A stretch of 64,000 nt of DNA from the NCBI GenBank assembly GCA_020056715.1, contig JAGVHG010000106.1, positions 1,153-65,152 on the forward strand, read 5' to 3'. The notes below the pieces were generated by a model. It was not told where the DNA came from and made no database searches. It saw only the letters and a list, made by a program, of their open reading frames with translations. The translations under genes and the position numbers were made by a program. Each line of letters begins with the position of its first letter. Positions within the stretch are counted from its first letter, which is position 1. This stretch comes from Phycisphaerae bacterium (GTDB lineage Bacteria > Planctomycetota > Phycisphaerae > UBA1845). Positions 56,037 through 64,000 of this stretch are shown one piece after another.

Positions 56037-57164
56037 TCAAGCGTCACGGGCTTCGTCGTATAGCGCCGCGTAGGCTTCGTAGGTTTGACGAATGTTCCAT
56101 TCGGTCCTGGCAACCTCGGAGGCCTTGGCACCCAGCCGAGCGGCGAAGGCTCGGTCGCGGAGGAGACGACGCATGGCGGCGGCGAGCGATGGAGTGTCAC
56201 CATATGGCACTATTAGACCGGTCTGTCCGTTCATGATGAGATCACGACAACCGGGAACGTCCGTCGTCACGATGGGGCAAGCGGCGGCCATCGCTTCGAG
56301 CAGCGCATTGGGAAGACCTTCCGTGCGCGACGGGAACACGAACACATCGGCCGCTTGGAGTAGCGCCGCAACATCCGTACGCGGGCCTAGGAAGTGAACG
56401 CAATGGACGAGTTGCAGCCCTCGAACTTGTCGCTCGAGTTGTTCACGAATCGTTCCGACCCCTGCGAGGCATAGATGCGCATTCGCCTCTTCGTGAATCA
56501 ACCGGAACGACTCGATCAAAATCGAAAGCCCCTTCACGGGATCGAGTCGGCCCACCCATAAGACCATCGCCGAATCGTGGGGCATCCCGATCGACGAACG
56601 GTCGATCGGCTTAGCGGCCTGAATGGGAGCAGGATCGATTCCGCCGCGCACAAGACGCAATCGGTCACGGGGGATCCTCGCGTGGACGGCGAGATGCTCG
56701 ATGACCGATGGCGAGTTGCCGATGGTGAAGCGGCATCCATCGTAGGTCACGCGGTCCACCCAGAGGTGCCAACGCCGTTCGACCTCCACGGTCTGGATTT
56801 CGCAAAGCACGCGACTCGTCGAATACCCCACCGTGGTCGCTGCCCAACGGGTGGCAAGATTCGCATGGAATAGCAAGGAGTGAACTAGTCCGGGTTGGAT
56901 CGCTTGGATGATCTTTGCGAGCCTTGCAATGACGCGAAAATCCCAACCGCCCCGCCCTTCGCAGGAATAGACTGTTACCCCGTCGGCCTCCAACATCTTC
57001 CCCACCGGCCCGGCCGGAACAAGCGATACCACCGCTGCCTCCAGCCCACGAGCGCGCATCGCCCGAACCAGACGCTGCAAATGCAAGGGCACCCCGCCGA
57101 GCTCAAGATCGGTGATGACGTAAAGGATGTCGATCGAGATTTCGCCCACGCCTGAAGATACCAC
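56037..57164 (-). CDS. Glycosyltransferase family 4 (GT-B fold)
   Basis: FPSRTEGLPNALLEAMAAACPIV (E-x7-E region). Confidence 0.8.
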   Translation of the reverse strand: MVSSGVGEISIDILYVITDLELGGVPLHLQRLVRAMRARGLEAAVVSLVPAGPVGKMLEADGVTVYSCEGRGGWDFRVIARLAKIIQAIQPGLVHSLLFHANLATRWAATTVGYSTSRVLCEIQTVEVERRWHLWVDRVTYDGCRFTIGNSPSVIEHLAVHARIPRDRLRLVRGGIDPAPIQAAKPIDRSSIGMPHDSAMVLWVGRLDPVKGLSILIESFRLIHEEANAHLCLAGVGTIREQLERQVRGLQLVHCVHFLGPRTDVAALLQAADVFVFPSRTEGLPNALLEAMAAACPIVTTDVPGCRDLIMNGQTGLIVPYGDTPSLAAAMRRLLRDRAFAARLGAKASEVARTEWNIRQTYEAYAALYDEARDA

Positions 57165-57167
57165 AGG

Positions 57168-58271
57168 TCACCGAATAGGCTGGATGCCGTTTTTCGATCT
57201 CCCCGTTTCATTATCTTCTGAATCTTCACGCAGACCAGCTTTCTCGATTTTGGCCGCCGCACTTACTATCCATGCGAGCACTGCATCCACTTGCTTGTCC
57301 GTCAGAGGGCGTGAAATAGTGCACTTTAACTCGTTCCCGGCAGGTACGAAAAGACCTGTTAATTTCGCGTCCGTCGCGAGTTCACGCGCGACGGTCTCGC
57401 CGGAGTTGACGCGGGTAAGAAAGCTTGAGTCGAACAGGCGCGTGTAGAGGGACTGCCCATATACCGCTTGCGGGGGATACCCATAGCAGAACTTGAAATG
57501 CACGCCGTTGAAGTCGACATTCACAGAAAAACCCTTTACGCCCCAGTGGATGGGCAGCGAACGCTCCTCTGCTAAAGCCAATACCTTGGAGAAGATCAAC
57601 GCGCCGTTGGCATCGAGCGATTTCATGAAATCCTTTTTCGTGGTCTTGGTCCGTGAGCCTGACGCCACTGGTCTTTCATCTCGGACGTCGTTCGAGACCA
57701 CGATATCTCCCGCCAGGAGGCGCTTGCCATCGTCTGTCTGGAAGAAGGAGAACTCCAAGCAGGTCACACGGAGGCCATTGGCGTTGAGAAACGACGCCGT
57801 TTCTCGTATCTCTCGCGTGATTGTCTCGCCAACAACTACTATGCGCTGGTTCTTGTTGAAGGACACGCCTTCCTCGGGCATAAGCGCGAAGTACTCTCGA
57901 TGGGCTTCAACTAGGCTCAGGCCCTCGTCGTCGTGGTACTGGCGGGCAACTGTCTCGATCTGGACATAATCAAGTTGCGCGGCATAGGCCGCGTACTCAA
58001 GAGCCTGCGCGATCGTTTCTCTCGGGGTTCGTCCTCGTTTGAGTTCGATGACAACCAAGTCGCCGTGTCGATCAAGGGCGAGAAGATCTAAAGCTCCGCC
58101 GAGACTCGTCTGCACTTGTCGGCCAATCATGAGAAGTTTGCTATCCTCGACGACGCCGTCGGGGTTCTTTTCAAGCCAGTCTTCGAGCACTGCTTCCTGG
58201 TGCTCGTGGCCGAAGCCCGTTCTCACGTACTCGGCGGAGTCGCCATCTTGTGATACGCCAAAAAGTCGCAT
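57168..58271 (-). CDS. NucS/PD-(D/E)xK-like nuclease domain protein with an uncharacterised C-terminal domain
   Basis: GGALDLLALDRHGDLVVIELKRGR core and EYAAY. The C-terminal ~170 aa are unassigned. GC is visibly lower (53-55% in two hand-counted lines). Confidence 0.6.
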   Translation of the reverse strand: MRLFGVSQDGDSAEYVRTGFGHEHQEAVLEDWLEKNPDGVVEDSKLLMIGRQVQTSLGGALDLLALDRHGDLVVIELKRGRTPRETIAQALEYAAYAAQLDYVQIETVARQYHDDEGLSLVEAHREYFALMPEEGVSFNKNQRIVVVGETITREIRETASFLNANGLRVTCLEFSFFQTDDGKRLLAGDIVVSNDVRDERPVASGSRTKTTKKDFMKSLDANGALIFSKVLALAEERSLPIHWGVKGFSVNVDFNGVHFKFCYGYPPQAVYGQSLYTRLFDSSFLTRVNSGETVARELATDAKLTGLFVPAGNELKCTISRPLTDKQVDAVLAWIVSAAAKIEKAGLREDSEDNETGRSKNGIQPIR

Positions 58272-58476
58272 GAGTATCCTCTGCTTATCTGGCCGAACAT
58301 TGTTTATATTGATCCGTATAATACCTCAAATGCCGCCATGAGTGCCGTGTAAGTTGCCAGATAGAAGGCAGAGTATGGCGCTTGGCCCGCTCCGGCAATC
58401 CTGCCCCGGCGACGGCATCTCTTACGGTCGCGCCTCGGGTTTACGACCCGCCTCTTGGAAGGAAGAGGGACAGTCC

Positions 58477-59412
58477 TCAATAGTCCCTTCTCGAGAACTT
58501 CCACATGGCCGCGAGGACGATTGCGGCCTCGAACAACAAGGACGATCCGATGATCGCGAGCGGATTCATCTCGCGCCTAGCAATTTCAACCTTCGTCGCC
58601 CAATCGACCATTTCGCGGTCATCGTCGTTGTCGGCATGCACGAGGACGCTGGCGTTTGCGGCACGGCTCCATTTTTTGGCGAGGTAGATGATGTCCTGCG
58701 TCTTGGGCACGATCCAACGGGCCGCATGAACTCCCTCGTACACGAGCTTATTCTCTTGCCATTTGGGGTACTTGGAGGTGAACAGGTCATCAACCGATTG
58801 GACGCCGGTAAAGGCCATCCACGCCAGCATGGTCAACAGCACGGCCGCGACTGTGCTGCGAGTCACAACCGCGACGAGCGCGGAGATGCAATACAAGTAG
58901 CTGAACAACAAGACCACCAGAGGAATCGCCAGAAGATATCCCGGCAGCCAAACGCCCCATCGAAGACCGACGACCAGAAACGTCAACACCACAAAAATCG
59001 TCGCCTGTACGCCCATGAAAACCATTCCGCCGACGTAGCGGCCAAGAAATAGCTTCCACCGCGGCATCGGCTTGCACAGAACGACGTCAATGGCCCCGCG
59101 ATCGAGGAACGTCGGGAAGAAACTCGCCGTGGCGATAATGCTCAGCAAGACGCCCATCCCCCCAAGGGCCGTATCCATAATCCCGTCGACAACGAGTGCC
59201 GCGATCACGTCCGTCTTAATGCCCGTGATACCCGTGAAATAGTCGGTCTCGATGACCCACATCCCGAACAGCACATTCACTTTGCCCTGTTCAAAGCTGA
59301 AGCAGAACATGACCGCGGCCACGAGTACCGACAGGACCAGCATGACCCAGAAGATCTTGCGATCTCGGGATTCACGGAAGCTATCGACGATCAAGGCCCA
59401 GAATTGCATCAT
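58477..59412 (-). CDS. ABC-2-type transporter permease
   Basis: Six or more hydrophobic helices, directly downstream of the ABC ATPase. Confidence 0.7.
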   Translation of the reverse strand: MMQFWALIVDSFRESRDRKIFWVMLVLSVLVAAVMFCFSFEQGKVNVLFGMWVIETDYFTGITGIKTDVIAALVVDGIMDTALGGMGVLLSIIATASFFPTFLDRGAIDVVLCKPMPRWKLFLGRYVGGMVFMGVQATIFVVLTFLVVGLRWGVWLPGYLLAIPLVVLLFSYLYCISALVAVVTRSTVAAVLLTMLAWMAFTGVQSVDDLFTSKYPKWQENKLVYEGVHAARWIVPKTQDIIYLAKKWSRAANASVLVHADNDDDREMVDWATKVEIARREMNPLAIIGSSLLFEAAIVLAAMWKFSRRDY

Positions 59413-59436
59413 GTGTATGCCGATCAGCCGTGGATT

Positions 59437-60408
59437 TTAGCTCGCTTTGTCCGCTCGCTGCCGCTCGCGGCTCTGAGGTTGCGGCGCGGTTCCACCCATC
59501 GCTTCGACCAGAATGTCCTCCAGACTGAATCGATGCGGCTGCACGGACTCGATCAGCAACCCCTGACCGCGGAGGAGGTCGATCACCGCGTTCACCTTCG
59601 CGGGATCATGTCCGGAAAGTACGACGAGGTCGCCGTCCACGGTCGCCCGAAGGGCAGCCAGCTTGCTCCGAATCGGCTGCGCATCACCGGAAAAGGTAAT
59701 GCGATATTCGACGGTATGCTCGGTCAACTCCGATAGCGTACCCTGCCGGGCGACCAAACCATCGACCAGGATGGCCACGCGATCGCATACCATCTCCAAC
59801 TCGCTGAGCAGATGGGAGTTGAGAAAGACGGTTTTGCCCGCGCGGCGCAACTCCAAAAGCAGTTGACGAACGTCACGGCGTCCGACGGGATCGAGGCCGT
59901 CGGTCGGTTCGTCGAGGACAATCAACTCCGGATCGTTCATCAACGCCTGGGCGATGCCTAGCCGCTGCATCATTCCCTTGGAGTACTTGTCGATTCGGGT
60001 CTCGCCCCATTTGGACAGGCCGAGCTGGTCGAGCAGCTTCGGCGCACTTGCCCGTCGAGCGGCCCGTGGAACCTTGGCGAGTGCCGCGTAGTAATCGAGT
60101 AATTGCAAACCGGTCAGATAGCCCGGAAATCTGTGATTCTCCGGCAGGTAGCCCGTTTTAGCGAGCTTGCCACGGTGTCCGATGGGGCGGCCCATGATGG
60201 TTCCCATGGCGCGAGTCGGCTTCACCACGGTCATCATAATTTTAACGAGGGTAGTCTTGCCGGCCCCGTTGGGACCGAGCAACCCGAAGATCTCACCGCG
60301 GCCGACTTGGATGTTGACCCCGCGCAGGGCGTGGATGTTCTTGGCGTAGGTCTTACGGACGTCGATGAGGTCGACGGCCAAGTTGGTCATTTCGGTCAGG
60401 GCGACCAT
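59437..60408 (-). CDS. ABC transporter ATP-binding protein
   Basis: Walker A GPNGAGKTT, signature YSKGMMQRLGIAQAL, Walker B LIVLDEPTDGLD. An alternative ATG is at 60390. Confidence 0.9.
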   Translation of the reverse strand: MVALTEMTNLAVDLIDVRKTYAKNIHALRGVNIQVGRGEIFGLLGPNGAGKTTLVKIMMTVVKPTRAMGTIMGRPIGHRGKLAKTGYLPENHRFPGYLTGLQLLDYYAALAKVPRAARRASAPKLLDQLGLSKWGETRIDKYSKGMMQRLGIAQALMNDPELIVLDEPTDGLDPVGRRDVRQLLLELRRAGKTVFLNSHLLSELEMVCDRVAILVDGLVARQGTLSELTEHTVEYRITFSGDAQPIRSKLAALRATVDGDLVVLSGHDPAKVNAVIDLLRGQGLLIESVQPHRFSLEDILVEAMGGTAPQPQSRERQRADKAS

Positions 60409-61334
60409 AGCGAGCCTCGACGTTCGATCAGTTGGTCCGCAAGGTCAGCCGCATCGGCATCCGCGGGGAGGTCGATCCACTCCACCGGGGCGAACCGCTT
60501 AAACCAGGTCCGCTGGGCCTTGGCGAACTGCCGGGTATTGATTTTGATCATTTCAACCGCGTCCGCAAGACTATAGCTGCCCTCTAGGTGTTTGATAATC
60601 TCGGCGTAACCCAACGCTTGCCGGGCGGCCGTGCTGAGCGGCTCCTTCTCCGCCAGCAGTGACTTTACTTCATCGACCAAACCCTCCGCGATCATTCGAC
60701 GAACTCGCTCCTTGATACGGCGGGCCAGGTCCTCACGTTCTCGACGCAGGCCGATGAAGACGCAGTCGTGTCGCGTCCCATCCCGGTCCCATTGAGCCTG
60801 AAGCGAACTGATGGGCTGACCGGTCAATTCAAACACTTCGAGGGCGCGGACGAGGCGTCGCAGGTCGTTGGGGTGGATTCGCTCCGCGGCGATAGGGTCA
60901 ACGCGGCGTAACTGCTCGGACAGGGCGTGGCGGCCTTCACGTTCCGCCGTCGCGGTGAGCCGGGCGCGGATGGTCGGATCGGCGCCAGGCCCCTCAAAAA
61001 TACCTTCACTCAGGGCCTTCATGTACAGCGGCGTGCCGCCGACGACGAACACCGGGTGACGCCGACTTTGGATCTCGAAGATGGCCCGCTCAGCGCGTTC
61101 AACGTACTCGGCGACGGAGAACTCCTCTGAGGGTTCGACGATATCAATCAGGTGATGCGGGATCAGACGACGGATTTCGAGCGAGGGTTTGGCGGTCCCG
61201 ATGTCCATCCGCCGGTAGACTTTCATGGAGTCGATGCTGATGATCTCCCCCCCGGTTCGGCGGGCCAGCTCGCGGCCAAGCCCGCCCTTCCCGGACCCGG
61301 TGCAACCGAGGATGAAAGTCAGCTTGAGTGACAT
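60396..61334 (-). CDS. miaA: tRNA dimethylallyltransferase
   Basis: P-loop GCTGSGKG, MKVYRRMDIGTAKP and VGGTPLYMKAL. ATG at 61334 (alternative at 61361); the track start 61481 adds an implausible leader. Confidence 0.9.
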   Translation of the reverse strand: MSLKLTFILGCTGSGKGGLGRELARRTGGEIISIDSMKVYRRMDIGTAKPSLEIRRLIPHHLIDIVEPSEEFSVAEYVERAERAIFEIQSRRHPVFVVGGTPLYMKALSEGIFEGPGADPTIRARLTATAEREGRHALSEQLRRVDPIAAERIHPNDLRRLVRALEVFELTGQPISSLQAQWDRDGTRHDCVFIGLRREREDLARRIKERVRRMIAEGLVDEVKSLLAEKEPLSTAARQALGYAEIIKHLEGSYSLADAVEMIKINTRQFAKAQRTWFKRFAPVEWIDLPADADAADLADQLIERRGSLWSP

Positions 61335-61560
61335 TACCGCAGAGTGTATCGGACTTCGCATGGCTTGGCTGTGAAGACCGTGATCGGCTGACGACGCGGA
61401 TTCTCCGCACGCTGGTACGCAGGGGCATGACGGAATTCGTGGGTTACACCGAGACGTGGGCTCGGTCGTCCAACGACTCAACTCCTAATCTCTTTCGTTC
61501 CCCAAATGAGGAATTCGGCTCGAAGGATATAGGGGTGGTCTGCGTTGTTCGACAATGGCG

Positions 61561-62541
61561 TCAGGTCGCGGTCACCGGTTCGGTCTGATTGACGCAGTTG
61601 ATCACCCGTCCCGTTTCCACATAGGTCCGCACGATCTTCACGACCTCGTCGGCGACGGCATCTTGAGCTTGGTCCGTTGAGGCCCCGACATGATGCGTTC
61701 CATAAATGCGCGAGACGGTGCGGATCGGGTCCTTGAACTCCGTATCGGACGCCCCAGGCTCGATCTCGAACACGTCCAGCGCTGCCCCGGCGATCGTGCC
61801 GGCCTGGACCGCTTGGGCAAGAGCGGTTTCGTCCACGATCCCGCCGCGGCTGCAGTTGATGATGAACGCGGTCGGCTTCATTCGCGCGAGCTGGTCGTGG
61901 CCGATCAGATGCTCGGTCTTCGTTCCGCCCGGCACGTGCAGCGTCACAAAGTCGGACTCCGCCAGCAACGTCTCGAAACCGACCCGGCGAATGCCCAACT
62001 CCTTCTCAATCTTCTCGTTGGCGATCACGTCCTGATACATCAAGTTCATGTCGAAAGCCTTGGCGCGTACGGCGACTTCATATCCGATGCGGCCCAAGCC
62101 GACGATGCCCAGCGTGCGGCCCTTGAGGCCCCGCGCTTTGCTGTATTCCTTCTTGTTCCAGACCCCGCGGCGAAGGTCATTGGTCTCGTCAACGATCCGC
62201 CGATCGAGGGCGATCATCAGCCCGAAGGTCAACTCCGCTACGGCCACCGCGTTCTTACCGGGACAATTGCTGACCCGGATGCCGCGAGCGGTGGCCGCGT
62301 CAACGGCGATCGTGTCGTACCCCGACCCGGCGCGGATCACCACCTTCAGGTGCGACGAAGCGGCCAGGATGTCCGGCGTCACCTTCGTGCTTCGCACCAC
62401 CAGGACGTTACAACCGCTCTCGCGCACCGCATCCGCAAGAGCGGCATCCTTCAGACCGGGTTTGACGGCCACCTGACATCCTGCCTCGCGCAGGCCCACC
62501 ATTCCACGATCCTCAAACTTGTCCGCGATCAGAACTTTCAT
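61561..62541 (-). CDS. D-isomer-specific 2-hydroxyacid dehydrogenase (SerA-like, short form)
   Basis: Starts MKVLIADKF, with NAD motif GLGRIGYEVA and NCSRGGIVDE. ATG at 62541. Confidence 0.85.
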   Translation of the reverse strand: MKVLIADKFEDRGMVGLREAGCQVAVKPGLKDAALADAVRESGCNVLVVRSTKVTPDILAASSHLKVVIRAGSGYDTIAVDAATARGIRVSNCPGKNAVAVAELTFGLMIALDRRIVDETNDLRRGVWNKKEYSKARGLKGRTLGIVGLGRIGYEVAVRAKAFDMNLMYQDVIANEKIEKELGIRRVGFETLLAESDFVTLHVPGGTKTEHLIGHDQLARMKPTAFIINCSRGGIVDETALAQAVQAGTIAGAALDVFEIEPGASDTEFKDPIRTVSRIYGTHHVGASTDQAQDAVADEVVKIVRTYVETGRVINCVNQTEPVTAT

Positions 62542-62775
62542 TGCCAATACCTCTGTTTCAGGATGCAAACCCCCCAATGATGTAGCAAGGCATGTGCCGC
62601 GCAACCACGGGAGATCACCGAGATTGCCAATCTCGCCCATGCAATCCCGCAAGGTTCACTCAAGAGCCTTCACGACGGGTGCGTTCAGGAGCGTACCCGG
62701 ACCGTGCGTTCTTGTGAAATACCGCCGAGGATCCGAGCTGGAAGAGCCAGCGATCACTCGCCGCACCCGCCGCCG

Positions 62776-63084
62776 TCAGTCGAGCGTATCGAGAAGGGCG
62801 CGCATCTCGCTTGCGGTATGCAGGTCACCGCTCGCATTGGCCGCGGCGATGCCGGCGGCAAGCGCCGCACTGGCCTCTGGAACTCGTCCGGAGGCAATCA
62901 GGGCGTTGCCCTTCTGGAAGTAGGCCGTCAGGTAGGACGGATCGATCTGTAACACGCGGTCGAATTGGGCGAGAGCGTCCTCGGTCAGCCCTTCTTTGGC
63001 CAGCTCCATCGCCAAGCCGAAGTTCAAGAACGTATCTTGCGGGCTCTTTTCGAGCATCTGCTCGAGTTTTGCGCGTCGCGTCAT
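62776..63084 (-). CDS. Small TPR-repeat protein
   Basis: Two to three TPR-like helix pairs (FNLGLAMELAKEG..EDALAQFDRVLQIDPSYLTAYFQKGNALI). ATG at 63084. Confidence 0.55.
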   Translation of the reverse strand: MTRRAKLEQMLEKSPQDTFLNFGLAMELAKEGLTEDALAQFDRVLQIDPSYLTAYFQKGNALIASGRVPEASAALAAGIAAANASGDLHTASEMRALLDTLD

Positions 63085-63313
63085 GCTCAACGTCCTTTGC
63101 CGGATTCCGTGGTCAACCGAGCCGAACACACTGTAGCTTACCAGGCTCGCTACGGTCAACGCGGCTTCGTTGATCGGAACGCACCCCGGTGATAGAATTG
63201 GATCAGCACAAACGCCCTTAAGTCCGCCTTCGGCGGAGGCGAAGAGCTGCTACGACACAATCGAGCGTAAGCGCGTTCCGCTGTTGGTATGTTACGCACA
63301 GGAGAATCTGAGC

Positions 63314-64000
63314 GTGGAGAAAGCAACATTGTGGGCCCGCGTGGGACATTGGTTACGGCCGTCGGCCCGTCCCGGCGATCCTGACCGCTTTGCCACGACC
63401 GACCCCCCCCTGGGTCCAATTGGCGGCGGAGGCATGGCCCCTACGGATATAGGAATCATCACCTCGGACGGTTCCAGTGTTGGTCCGAAGTTTCGCCTGG
63501 CGCGGACAGGATCGGCCATCGACCGACTGGAGGAGGAGTACGCCAGGGTCATCAAAATCGTTGAATCGGTGGAGAAGCACCTGGAACTTCAGAGCGAGCG
63601 GGGCGAATCGATGGCCGGCTCGATGAACCGCTTGGCCGAAAGCCTGGAGCATTTGCCGGAGACCTCCAAGGCGCAAGTGGACCTTCTTACCACAATGAAT
63701 CACCAGATGGGCGTTGATGGCGCCGGCGTCAAACGCGTGGAGGAGAACCTTTCCCAGCTTCCCCGCCTTGCCGACGCTCAACGTGAAACGATGGTGTCGA
63801 TCGGACGGCAGCTCGATGTCTCGCGGCAGACGAACGACCGGGTCGTGACGACGTTGGAAGGGTTCCACCAGGCGGTGACGCTCCTCGGAGAGGCGACGGG
63901 CGCCTCCGCCAAGGCGCTGGAGGAGATGCGCTGGAATGCGACAGCGCGGGAGGAACGTGTCGCTACCCTTCTCCAGGAACAAACGCGAAGGCTCACCTTC
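63314..64000 (+). CDS. Coiled-coil protein, 3'-truncated by the window end
   Basis: The frame is open for 229 codons to the window edge. It is absent from the ORF track because no stop is reached. GTG at 63314 has GGAGA 8 nt upstream. E/L/R-rich heptad-like sequence; the antisense 209-aa ORF looks like a shadow. Confidence 0.5.
   Translation, partial: MEKATLWARVGHWLRPSARPGDPDRFATTDPPLGPIGGGGMAPTDIGIITSDGSSVGPKFRLARTGSAIDRLEEEYARVIKIVESVEKHLELQSERGESMAGSMNRLAESLEHLPETSKAQVDLLTTMNHQMGVDGAGVKRVEENLSQLPRLADAQRETMVSIGRQLDVSRQTNDRVVTTLEGFHQAVTLLGEATGASAKALEEMRWNATAREERVATLLQEQTRRLTF

Overview
GC-rich (about 60-65% from hand counts of a few lines) bacterial chromosomal segment with about 55 protein-coding genes, mostly on the minus strand. 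I found no rRNA, tRNA, CRISPR array, transposase or integrase. All homology calls come from motifs I recognise in the supplied translations; no searches were run.

Main content:
- A division/cell-wall (dcw) cluster runs from 55813 down to 39271 on the minus strand: mraZ, rsmH, LysM protein, ftsL-like, ftsI, murE, murF, mraY, ftsW, murG, murC, murB, ddl, ftsQ. It lacks murD, ftsA and ftsZ. The slot after ftsQ holds two related polytopic membrane proteins. This pattern suggests a Planctomycetota-like (PVC) lineage, which is inference only.
- Housekeeping genes: metK, mnmG, hisS, mdh, miaA, a cyclophilin and a 2-hydroxyacid dehydrogenase.
- Two ABC exporters, and two tandem alkaline-phosphatase-superfamily paralogs.
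- An STAS protein paired with an RsbW-type kinase that is fused to an acylphosphatase domain.
- A two-component locus: HTH-receiver regulator, HDOD histidine kinase, and a receiver lacking the phospho-acceptor Asp.
- A secreted RCC1-propeller protein with Cys-rich modules and an IPTL-CTERM-like tail.
- A thrombospondin-type-3 repeat protein.

Most unusual signals:
1. A roughly 30-nt palindromic element occurs six times, all inside the dcw cluster, including apparently in-frame copies in murG and ftsQ and possibly rsmH.
2. mnmG carries an in-frame insertion of about 45 aa built from two other palindromes.
3. Inverted arrays of 7-nt repeats occur at two loci, and one supplies the C-terminal tail of MurF.
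4. Short heptanucleotide tandem repeats sit just after stop codons and in intergenic regions.
5. Two lower-GC inserts: three small ORFs with a 40-bp direct repeat, and a NucS-like nuclease gene.
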